From: Armatimonadetes bacterium CG2_30_59_28
Lineage (GTDB): Bacteria; Armatimonadota; Abditibacteriia; CG2-30-59-28
Reading direction: 5' to 3'
Length of the DNA stretch: 14,281 bases
Assembly: GCA_001872605.1 (NCBI GenBank)
Contig: MNXM01000111.1
Span: 1 to 14,281 of the forward strand
Position 1 is the stretch's first letter, and the number at the start of each line of letters is the position of its first letter. Below are positions 7,443 through 14,240 of this stretch, in pieces. The position numbers were made by a program, and so were the translations under genes. The notes below the pieces were generated by a model. The model was not told where the DNA came from. It worked only from the letters and a program-made list of their open reading frames with translations, and did no database searches.

Positions 7443-7995
7443 CGGACGGGATACGTTCGTGGTCGCCGAACAACATCAGCGGGGACATTCAGCCACTGCC
7501 GATGAGGCCTGCCCGAAACCGCGGTTCATCGCTGACGCCATGCTGGGGAAGCTGGCCCGGTGGCTGCGGATGTTGGGTGTCGATACCGTCTACGAGCCAT
7601 CTCTGAATGACACGGAGTTGTTGGAACGCTCCATAGAAGAAGATCGCGTATTGCTGACTCGCGATTTTCGCCTCACCCAGAGGAAACTCGCAAGGAACTG
7701 CTCCCTGATCGAGAGCGACTGCTGGAAGGAGCAGTTGCGGCAGGTCGTCTGTGAATTCCATCTCACGACGGATCCCGCTGAGAACGGGAAGCGCTTCTCC
7801 CGGTGCGTGGGTTGCAACGGACGGCTCGAACCCGTGGATCGAGAGGCGGTGCGATTTCGGGTTCCCGTTCACATTCACGAGGAGCATGAGCGCTTCCTGC
7901 GCTGCCTCCACTGCAAGCACATCTACTGGCAGGGAAGTCACCACGCGGCCGTTGAGAGGGTACTGGATGAACTGATGGACGTGCGGAGACCGTAA
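7420..7995 (+). CDS. Mut7-C RNase domain protein (PF01927/DUF82, PIN-like) with C-terminal zinc ribbon
   Basis: …RFIADAMLGKLARWLRMLGVDTVY… and the C-terminal …CVGCNGRLEPV…FLRCLHCKHIYWQGSHH… reproduce the conserved Mut7-C blocks (FlvDaMLg.LarwLR..G.D; CxxCN…CxxCxxxYWxGSH). The ATG at 7420 overlaps the upstream gene's end by 23 nt. No N-terminal ubiquitin-like domain is present. Confidence 0.8.
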   Translation: MSRAWLRNGRDTFVVAEQHQRGHSATADEACPKPRFIADAMLGKLARWLRMLGVDTVYEPSLNDTELLERSIEEDRVLLTRDFRLTQRKLARNCSLIESDCWKEQLRQVVCEFHLTTDPAENGKRFSRCVGCNGRLEPVDREAVRFRVPVHIHEEHERFLRCLHCKHIYWQGSHHAAVERVLDELMDVRRP

Positions 7996-8020
7996 TTCAC
8001 AAGGCTGACAGGAGACACAC

Positions 8021-8920
8021 ATGTACGCTATGCGATCGATCTTCATTGCAGGCATGGCAATGCTCTGGACTTCGCTCTGCCATGCGCAGACAACCCCGCC
8101 AGACAAAGAGCGAAAGCTCTCCGCGCCGTCCACCGAGCCGATCACCCTACGCCTAAAGTTAGGCACACCCCTGACAGCGTTGCTAACGCTGTTGCAGACA
8201 CGCACCGGAGCAATCATCCGGCTCGATGAGGGAGCAAAGACATATGCCGCATCTTATGTAATGCCTCCACATCTTATTGGTGAGAAGCAATTCCGCACCG
8301 TCTCCGAGGCGCTCCACTTCCTGTTTGGCTCCGGATGGGAAGGCAGCAGACTGCCTGAGCAGGAAAGAACTCCTGAGAAGCAAAACTACCGGCTCGCGCG
8401 CGCGCCGTTCGTCGAACAGAAAGGGCCGCGTCACTGGGTGTGCAACAATCGGGCCTTTGATTGGGGGCTGGAAAAGGGAACCAACAAGGGGAAGGTCGTG
8501 GACGTGGCGCTGATCCGACGAAGGTGTGGCGATGACGGTGACATCGTTGCAACCAGCCCGGTCAGCATGGGGAGAATCGAGAGCGACTTCACACTCAGGA
8601 CAGTGCTGGACCGCTTGAAGCTCAAGACAGGAATCATGGTCAATGTGATCGGATCCGAACTCGTCGTCGGCACGGATTCAAAGACGGACGCATCAGCTCT
8701 CATGCGAGTGGCCTCCATCCCTGCGGCTCTGCAGGATGAGTTGATGCGCCCAATCACGCCAGGGCGATTGCTGACGATACTCGCAGTGGGGTTGAATGAA
8801 CACACAAAAAGGGAAGGAGGAGACTGGAAGTGGAGTTCCACGTCCGTCCCCTCCTCTGAAGAGAAACCAGCGCCGCTTGTTATCCATACATTGAGGGACT
8901 ACGCTCACTCTCATCGTTGA
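8021..8920 (+). CDS. Secreted hypothetical protein with two STN/secretin-N-like repeats
   Basis: The SD AGGAGA lies about 10 nt upstream of ATG 8021. The N-terminal signal peptide is MYAMRSIFIAGMAMLWTSLCHA|Q. Two segments (…ITLRLKLGTPLTALLTLLQTRTGAIIRLDEG… and …FTLRTVLDRLKLKTGIMVNVIGSELVVG…) resemble small STN/FecR-C-type modules. No enzymatic motif was recognised. Confidence 0.65.
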   Translation: MYAMRSIFIAGMAMLWTSLCHAQTTPPDKERKLSAPSTEPITLRLKLGTPLTALLTLLQTRTGAIIRLDEGAKTYAASYVMPPHLIGEKQFRTVSEALHFLFGSGWEGSRLPEQERTPEKQNYRLARAPFVEQKGPRHWVCNNRAFDWGLEKGTNKGKVVDVALIRRRCGDDGDIVATSPVSMGRIESDFTLRTVLDRLKLKTGIMVNVIGSELVVGTDSKTDASALMRVASIPAALQDELMRPITPGRLLTILAVGLNEHTKREGGDWKWSSTSVPSSEEKPAPLVIHTLRDYAHSHR

Positions 8921-8922
8921 CG

Positions 8923-9708
8923 TCAGTCATCCAGCTTGTTCACGTTTGTCTGGGCCCGCTTGATTCGATCATCAGTTTCCGGGTGGCTGCTCAACCAGAC
9001 CATGTAGCTCGGCGTGTCCTCGCTGGCTTTGTCCAGCATTTTTAGCATGTCGACCATCCCCTGAGGGTTGTACTTCCCAGACTTGTCCATCAGCTTGATT
9101 CCCCCGTCATCGGCCCGATACTCGTCCTTCCGGGAGTACTTTTGGGACTGAGAGTAGTTGAGGATTCCGGCCACCGTCTGCACCGCGTCACTTGCACCTG
9201 TTGCGCCCAGAATGACAGCCAGCCCAACACTCCGCTTCATGTCGCTCTCATACTGCTTCGCCCAGTGCTGTCCTGTCACATGGGTAATCTCGTGCCCAAT
9301 GACTCCAGCAAGCATGTCACGTCCCTTCAACAGATTGTGGTCGGCCTCCACTTTCAGGGACTGGAGGAGCCCCGTGTAAACATAGATGTAGCCACCGGGC
9401 AGAGCGAAGGCATTGATCTGGTCGTCTTTGATGATCTTGAAGGTGAAGTCCCACTTGTCATACTCCCCCGTTGCACGCGCCAAGTCTTCACCGATGCCCC
9501 TGACAATCTGATCGATGGGTTTCCCTTTGATGAGCGGGGCTTTGACATCCTCCCCGACGATGGTGGACTTCTTGTCGATTTCCCTTGCGGCGTCGGCCCC
9601 GAGTTCCTTTTGTTTCTTCACGCTGACATCAAACAGCCCAGCCCAGGACGGAACACTGAGCAGGAACGCGAAAAGAAACACCCAGCTTCCAGCAGAACGC
9701 TTTGACAT
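8923..9708 (-). CDS. M48-family zinc metallopeptidase (BepA/YfgC-like catalytic domain, HEITH motif), secreted or periplasmic
   Basis: The six-frame ORF 8923..10113 has a spurious N-terminal extension. The internal ATG at 9708 is preceded by AAAGGAG and gives a signal peptide (MSKRSAGSWVFLFAFLLSVPSWA). The core …GVIGHEITHVTGQHWA… closely matches the BepA-type HExxH region. No C-terminal TPR domain is present, and the product is about 261 aa. Confidence 0.85.
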   Translation of the reverse strand: MSKRSAGSWVFLFAFLLSVPSWAGLFDVSVKKQKELGADAAREIDKKSTIVGEDVKAPLIKGKPIDQIVRGIGEDLARATGEYDKWDFTFKIIKDDQINAFALPGGYIYVYTGLLQSLKVEADHNLLKGRDMLAGVIGHEITHVTGQHWAKQYESDMKRSVGLAVILGATGASDAVQTVAGILNYSQSQKYSRKDEYRADDGGIKLMDKSGKYNPQGMVDMLKMLDKASEDTPSYMVWLSSHPETDDRIKRAQTNVNKLDD

Positions 9709-9900
9709 TGGTCTCACTCCTTTCGGATTTTGTGCTATAGTTGACGGTAACTCCGTGAGTTGGTTCCGTAAACACGGACACAAGATACCGCATTGCGGGG
9801 AAAAACTCTGCCAAATCTGAAAAGACACGCCAAGAATGCTAAGCGGACAACTGCAATGGGGTAGCCCCACATACCTGACGACTCCAAAGGAGTGAACAGA

Positions 9901-10431
9901 ATGCCTGACATTCGACAGCGTATCGAGGCGGACGAAAACTGGCTGGAGGGACTTGCTCGTAACATTCCCGGTTTCTCCGGTTACAAGGAACGCGACAATC
10001 GGCGAGCGGCAGACCAGATTCTCCGCAAGCAGCTCGCAAACGACCTCGGTGCCAGCTTGAAGCAGCTCGACCATATCAAGCTCCACTTCACCAATCAGGG
10101 GCAACTGGAGCAACTCGACGATCTGGACAGGTTCGCGCGCAAAATGTCAACACTGGTCGACTCGATTCGCTATGCGGATTACGGTATCACAGGGTTCTTC
10201 GACGCAATCAAGATCGACGAAGGCGACCTGGATCGGCTGTACGAACACGATTCTTCCGTCGCCGCGTCGCTTCGGGAATTGGGGCAGGCGATCGCGGGGC
10301 TGCAAACCGCCACGGGAGAGAACCTGCCAACATTACTCGACGACATCGAGACGCGGGCGGAGGAAATACGCGACCGATGGGCCCGCCGTGAGCAGATCGT
10401 GACCGGACTGAGTGAGGAGGGCGCACCATGA
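9901..10431 (+). CDS. Hypothetical helical protein, translationally coupled to the downstream SPFH gene
   Basis: The ATG at 9901 (MPDIRQRIE…) lies 8 nt after AAGGAG. The product is about 176 aa, acidic and predicted mostly helical, with no TM segment. Its stop overlaps the next start as ATGA at 10428-10431. No family was recognised. Confidence 0.65.
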   Translation: MPDIRQRIEADENWLEGLARNIPGFSGYKERDNRRAADQILRKQLANDLGASLKQLDHIKLHFTNQGQLEQLDDLDRFARKMSTLVDSIRYADYGITGFFDAIKIDEGDLDRLYEHDSSVAASLRELGQAIAGLQTATGENLPTLLDDIETRAEEIRDRWARREQIVTGLSEEGAP

Positions 10432-11477
10432 GAATTGAAGTCATCGAATGGACAGACCAAATCGGGGACGAAATGGTACACCGCTACCCGGCCGTGGGTT
10501 CCGCAGATATCAAGCTGGGAGCTCAGTTGGTCGTTCGAGAGAACCAGCAGGCAGTCTTTTTCCGTGACGGCAAGGCACTCGACACTTTCGGGCCGGGACG
10601 GCACACCTTGGAGACCCTCAATCTTCCACTCATCACTGCCCTCCTCACCGCACCGATCCTTCAGAAATCCCCGTTCCGCGCAGAGGTCTACTTTGTGAGT
10701 ATGCGCGTCATCACCAGCCAGAAGTGGGGAACGCGGGAACCCGTCATGTTCCGGGACGACACTTTCAACATGGTGCGACTGCGCGCCTTCGGACAATACT
10801 CTCTGCAGGTAACCAACCCTCAACTCTTCGTCAACAAGGTTATCGGAACCGAGGGCAGGTACAGCGCGAGCGACATTGGAGATTTCCTGCGTGGTTTGAT
10901 CGTCGCCAGGTTGACTGACGTTCTCGGCGAAAATATGAAGACGATCATCGATCTGCCGCGGCTGTACGATGAACTGGCAGCGGCCCTGAAGGCGCGGGTG
11001 GCCGACGACTTTGGACAGTACGGCATTGCTCTCGTCGATTTCCTCATCGAGGCCGTTACGCCCCCGGAGGAAGTCCAGAAGATGATCGATGAGCAGGCAG
11101 GGATGGCCGCGATCTCAGACGCCGGCAAGTATATGCAAATCAAAGCCGCGCAGGCCATGACGGCCGCGGCGGCCAACGAGAGCGCGGGTGGCAGCACTAC
11201 CGCTGCCGGTGTCGGTCTCGGTCTGGGTATGACCATCCCCGGGATGCTTCAGCAGGCCATGCAGCAGCCGCAGCAGGCTCCCGGTCAGCAAGCGGTGGCG
11301 GCGCCTGCTGTCCCCGAAATAAAGTGCGCGGAGTGTGGGGCGGACGCGCCGTCCAACGCAAAATTCTGCCCGGGATGCGGGAAGCCGATGCCCCAGACAA
11401 AACACTGCACCGAGTGCGGAGCAGAACTGTCTGCGGGCGCCAAATTCTGTGCGGCGTGCGGAGCCAAAACGCAGTAG
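10428..11477 (+). CDS. SPFH/Band-7 domain protein (PF13421-like, YdjI-type) with fused C-terminal double zinc ribbon
   Basis: The N-terminus …[59 protein letters not shown]… is characteristic of the Band_7_1 SPFH subfamily. A low-complexity Ala/Gln/Gly linker follows. The C-terminus has four CxxC pairs (CAECGA…CPGCG…CTECGA…CAACGA), i.e. a double zinc ribbon. Confidence 0.85.
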   Translation: MRIEVIEWTDQIGDEMVHRYPAVGSADIKLGAQLVVRENQQAVFFRDGKALDTFGPGRHTLETLNLPLITALLTAPILQKSPFRAEVYFVSMRVITSQKWGTREPVMFRDDTFNMVRLRAFGQYSLQVTNPQLFVNKVIGTEGRYSASDIGDFLRGLIVARLTDVLGENMKTIIDLPRLYDELAAALKARVADDFGQYGIALVDFLIEAVTPPEEVQKMIDEQAGMAAISDAGKYMQIKAAQAMTAAAANESAGGSTTAAGVGLGLGMTIPGMLQQAMQQPQQAPGQQAVAAPAVPEIKCAECGADAPSNAKFCPGCGKPMPQTKHCTECGAELSAGAKFCAACGAKTQ

Positions 11478-11496
11478 CGGCGGCCCGCGCTACTGC
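11471..11496. terminator. Bidirectional stem-loop between convergent genes (9-bp stem GCAGTAGCG/CGCTACTGC)
   Basis: It reads GCAGTAGCG-gcggcccg-CGCTACTGC. The stem arms contain the TAG stop of the SPFH gene and the complement of the TAG stop of the DUF2723 gene. There is no clear U-tract. Confidence 0.4.
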
Positions 11497-13418
11497 ATGT
11501 AAACCTCGATCTCACCGATCTCCACCCAATTCGACGGCGACCTCGACTGTGGCAGAGAGTCGTCGGTAACATCGTTGTCCTCGGCGCAGGGGACAATCGC
11601 CACGCGTATGGAGTACACTCCCTGCACGACTCGCCACGGAGGACGTATGGGCAGTCGGTCCTCCACCACGCGATTGGGTTCCCAATTCCGCGCGCCTCCC
11701 CCCGCAGTGAAGGGATGGTACTGCGTCCATGCGAACTGATCCTGTGACAAAGCCGCCCGGTCGGCGGACGAAAGCCCTCCTCCCCCTTCCGCCGTTGACA
11801 GCCCCTTGAGCTCAAAGACGAACAGCGCCGCGACATTCTCTGCGGCGACGCGGGTCAACCGCCAGTATGTGTGGAGAGTGGACATCCCTTCCCGGCGCAT
11901 GGAGACCGGGTTTGTTCGGGCCCCCAGCAATTCGATCGACGAGTCACCGTCCATCGGGAATGTGTTGAGTGGAGCGGGAGGCGGACTTGCGTAGCGAATA
12001 AGCGGAGTGCCGCTTCGCACGTAGCCAAACGTGCCCACGGGCTCGAAGTAATACCCCTTCGGCAGTTCCGTCGGTGGAAACATCGGACAAACCACCCGAC
12101 GCGGGCACTGTCGCATCACGCGCCCAACGTCGCCCGTGTGCTCGATGATTGCATCCGCGCGAACTCCTTCCACCCAGCGGTAGTAGAGCAGCGTGAACCA
12201 GATCTGATCAAACCCGGACACGATTACTGCATCGTTGGGCGCTTCCTTGAGGACCTGTCGCACATCCTGAACTGCGTGGCAGTTGCCCCGCATGTTCACA
12301 TCAGGAAAAGTCAGACCGACTTGCGAAACCCACAGGACTCCCGCAACGAGGGCGACCGCCGTCGCGCCAAAGCCCCGCCATGAAGCAAAACTGCGTTCCA
12401 GGCGACTCTGGAGACTCGCACATGCGAACCCGACAAACACCCCGTACACGAGAAAGGATGGGAGCAACTGGAAGTAGGCGCCCGGTTGGTCAAAGGTGAG
12501 AAAGAGCCCGCTGTTACTCAGGAGGATCAGCAGGCAGAGCACGAACAGTCTGGGCTGCTTAAGCGCCACAGACGGAACCCCAGCCAGAAGAAACAACACA
12601 AGAACCCGGAAGTGCGTGAAGACGAAGTAGGAGTATGCGACGCAACGGCTCGGCAGTTGAGCCATCGATGAACCCAGTAGAAGCGTGTCGAACTGTCGCG
12701 CGGTAACGTGGGCGATGAAGCTGTCCCACGTTTGAGGGTTTCCCCAGTTGATGGGGGGATTGGTTGTCGCGCGGAGTGGGAGATAGCACAGCACAAGCGC
12801 CCCGACGCAACCACAGATGAACGCCACCGCGACGGTGCGCAGGATTGGCTCGCCTCTCCTGTTCATAAGGAACCAAACAGTAAATGCTGGCGCAGTGAGC
12901 AGCGTCATACCGTGGGCACCCAGGCTCAGTCCAAGAACGAACCCGATAACATACAGGTAGCGGACATCTCGACGCTCGTTCCACAAAACAGCCGCCAGCA
13001 CGAGAAGAGCGATGCAAAAAACATTGAGGGTATAGACCTCCGCGATCACGGCTTGAGACCAGACACCGTAACCTCCCGCGAACGCGAGAGAGCCTATGGC
13101 AGCGGGAAGCAGTCTACCCGACGTGACCAGCAATACCCAGTAGAGAACCCCTGCGGTCAGCGCCGCAAACGAGGCTGACATGAGGTTCATGCGGTAGGCG
13201 ACATCCCCCACCGGCAGCGCTGTAAAGAGCTTCCCGACCATCAGGTACAGCGGGTAGCCGGTGGGGTGCGCCACGCCGAGAGTATACGCGCAGGTAGTCA
13301 ACTCACCACAGTCGCCGCCATAACTGACTGTGGGCGCCAGTGTGTACAGGTAGAGAGCAAAGGACACGCCTGCCACAGCGAGGCAACCTGCGAAGCGGCG
13401 GTGTTGTCGAAGAAGCAT
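11490..13418 (-). CDS. DUF2723 family membrane protein (GT-C-fold glycosyltransferase-like, TMEM260/PMT-related)
   Basis: The N-terminal block …YGGDCGELTTCAYTLGVAHPTGYPLYLMVGKLF… matches DUF2723. It is followed by at least 10 hydrophobic segments and a large soluble C-terminal domain. The maximal ORF starts at TTG 13478. The ATG at 13418 (MLLRQHRRFAG…) is preferred because a promoter lies inside the extension. Confidence 0.85.
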   Translation of the reverse strand: MLLRQHRRFAGCLAVAGVSFALYLYTLAPTVSYGGDCGELTTCAYTLGVAHPTGYPLYLMVGKLFTALPVGDVAYRMNLMSASFAALTAGVLYWVLLVTSGRLLPAAIGSLAFAGGYGVWSQAVIAEVYTLNVFCIALLVLAAVLWNERRDVRYLYVIGFVLGLSLGAHGMTLLTAPAFTVWFLMNRRGEPILRTVAVAFICGCVGALVLCYLPLRATTNPPINWGNPQTWDSFIAHVTARQFDTLLLGSSMAQLPSRCVAYSYFVFTHFRVLVLFLLAGVPSVALKQPRLFVLCLLILLSNSGLFLTFDQPGAYFQLLPSFLVYGVFVGFACASLQSRLERSFASWRGFGATAVALVAGVLWVSQVGLTFPDVNMRGNCHAVQDVRQVLKEAPNDAVIVSGFDQIWFTLLYYRWVEGVRADAIIEHTGDVGRVMRQCPRRVVCPMFPPTELPKGYYFEPVGTFGYVRSGTPLIRYASPPPAPLNTFPMDGDSSIELLGARTNPVSMRREGMSTLHTYWRLTRVAAENVAALFVFELKGLSTAEGGGGLSSADRAALSQDQFAWTQYHPFTAGGGARNWEPNRVVEDRLPIRPPWRVVQGVYSIRVAIVPCAEDNDVTDDSLPQSRSPSNWVEIGEIEVYMQ

Positions 13419-13427
13419 GGCGGGAAG

Positions 13428-13457
13428 AATGTAGCGCAGTATTGGCGCGCTCGTCAA
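13428..13457 (-). promoter_or_regulatory. Putative sigma-70 promoter (TTGACG-18-TACATT) giving a leaderless or near-leaderless DUF2723 mRNA
   Basis: On the minus strand, TTGACG is the complement of 13452-13457 and TACATT the complement of 13428-13433, with an 18-nt spacer. The -10 ends 9 nt before ATG 13418, and no SD lies between them. Confidence 0.4.
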
Positions 13458-13555
13458 GGGCCGATCACCGGGTCGCAAAACTCAACCGGTAGCAGCCCGG
13501 TTACCCAATCGGTTGAAGTATAGAAGGAGCAACATTTCGCACGAGACAAGTAACG

Positions 13556-13586
13556 AAAAAACCCCGCCTTCTTTGCGAGGGCGGGG
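13556..13586 (-). terminator. Rho-independent terminator downstream of flp (7-bp GC stem + T6 on the minus strand)
   Basis: CCCCGCC at 13562-13568 pairs with GGCGGGG at 13580-13586, with an 11-nt loop. On the minus strand the hairpin is followed by TTTTTT, the complement of 13556-13561. It lies 36 nt past the flp stop. Confidence 0.6.
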
Positions 13587-13621
13587 AAATCTGGTGTGAT
13601 GAAAAGCTGGAAGTGGTTGGG

Positions 13622-13786
13622 CTACGTGGTGGAGACTAAATGGCCATTAATCGAAACAAACACGTTGCGCACCTTGGTCCCGAGCAACGTGAGGATGGCG
13701 ATCACCACAAGGGCGATCAGTGCAACCAGCAGGCCATATTCCACCAGAGTCTGTCCTTCATCTTCTCGAACGAACCGTTTGATCAT
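13622..13786 (-). CDS. flp: Flp/Fap family type IVb pilin (Tad pilus major subunit)
   Basis: The 54-aa product MIKRFVREDEGQTLVEYGLLVALIALVVIAILTLLGTKVRNVFVSINGHLVSTT has the Flp motif (…RDE.G.T.VEYGL…) followed by a hydrophobic helix. The SD GGAGGT lies 7 nt before ATG 13786. The six-frame ORF 13622..14164 is a spurious upstream extension of this gene. Confidence 0.75.
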   Translation of the reverse strand: MIKRFVREDEGQTLVEYGLLVALIALVVIAILTLLGTKVRNVFVSINGHLVSTT

Positions 13787-13844
13787 GCGATTTACCTCCT
13801 CTCGTGGGTTTTCCCTCCGCAACAGGCGAGGGATTTGTTCACAG

Positions 13845-13872
13845 ATTCTAACACAAAATGCAGAATCTGCAA
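13845..13872 (-). promoter_or_regulatory. Putative flp promoter (TTGCAG-16-TGtTAGAAT, extended -10) overlapped by an 8-bp inverted repeat
   Basis: On the minus strand, -35 TTGCAG is the complement of 13867-13872 and -10 TAGAAT the complement of 13845-13850, with TGt immediately upstream. The inverted repeat CAGATTCT at 13842-13849 and AGAATCTG at 13862-13869 (12-nt spacer) spans the spacer and the -10. It sits in an AT-rich patch about 60 nt upstream of the flp ATG. Confidence 0.4.
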
Positions 13873-13946
13873 CCATAGCTTTTTTTTCGCGCAAACGCGT
13901 GGCGCCTCGGCGAGAAATTGCCATGCACTGTTCCGGGGGGAGGAGA

Positions 13947-14144
13947 CTATGCTGGCTCCCGTGAGACTTCCTCCCATGGGAAATTGGGCGACACCCCGAA
14001 TACCGGCGCCAGCTCACGGAACATGGCGAGGTGCCCCAGAGCATTGGGGTGAACGATATCAGCCATCCGCAACCACAGGTGCTGCGGGTGCGCGGCCTGG
14101 TGCTTGAAGGGGATCCCGTGGTTCTGCCACGCGGCGTAGTGCAT
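13947..14144 (-). pseudogene. Possible C-terminal fragment of an SGNH/GDSL hydrolase
   Basis: …LWLRMADIVHPNALGHLAMFRELAPVF… resembles the C-terminal D-x-x-H catalytic block of SGNH hydrolases (DGvHPNa.Gy.lMA..l). Only about 65 codons are open, and an in-frame stop lies at 14145-14147. The N-terminal part is absent or frameshifted. Confidence 0.25.
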
Positions 14145-14240
14145 CGTTTTGGAAGTTCCCCCACAAAAGGACGCCGGATCGCTTCAGCGTCCGGTAGCTC
14201 ACACAGGCAGCTACACGATGGAGGCTACCCTCTTTTTCTC

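Noticed and set aside
9743-9760. TTGACG / TATAGT hexamers in the divergent intergenic region as promoters for the M48 or helical-protein genes
   Set aside because: The spacings to plausible partner hexamers were wrong (11 or 21 nt), so the hexamers could not be paired convincingly. They are left unannotated.
9709-10113. N-terminal 135-aa extension of the M48 peptidase ORF
   Set aside because: The internal ATG at 9708 has a good SD and produces a classic signal peptide. The extension would bury the signal peptide and overlaps the divergent gene's start.
13419-13478. TTG-initiated 20-codon extension of the DUF2723 gene
   Set aside because: It contains a well-spaced -35/-10 promoter and no SD. 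The ATG at 13418 gives the N-terminus typical for the family.
13787-14164. Long version (180 aa) of the ORF containing the flp pilin
   Set aside because: Only the last 54 codons look like a protein (Flp pilin), and they have their own strong SD. The upstream 126 codons are Arg/Ser/Pro-rich noise spanning the promoter region.
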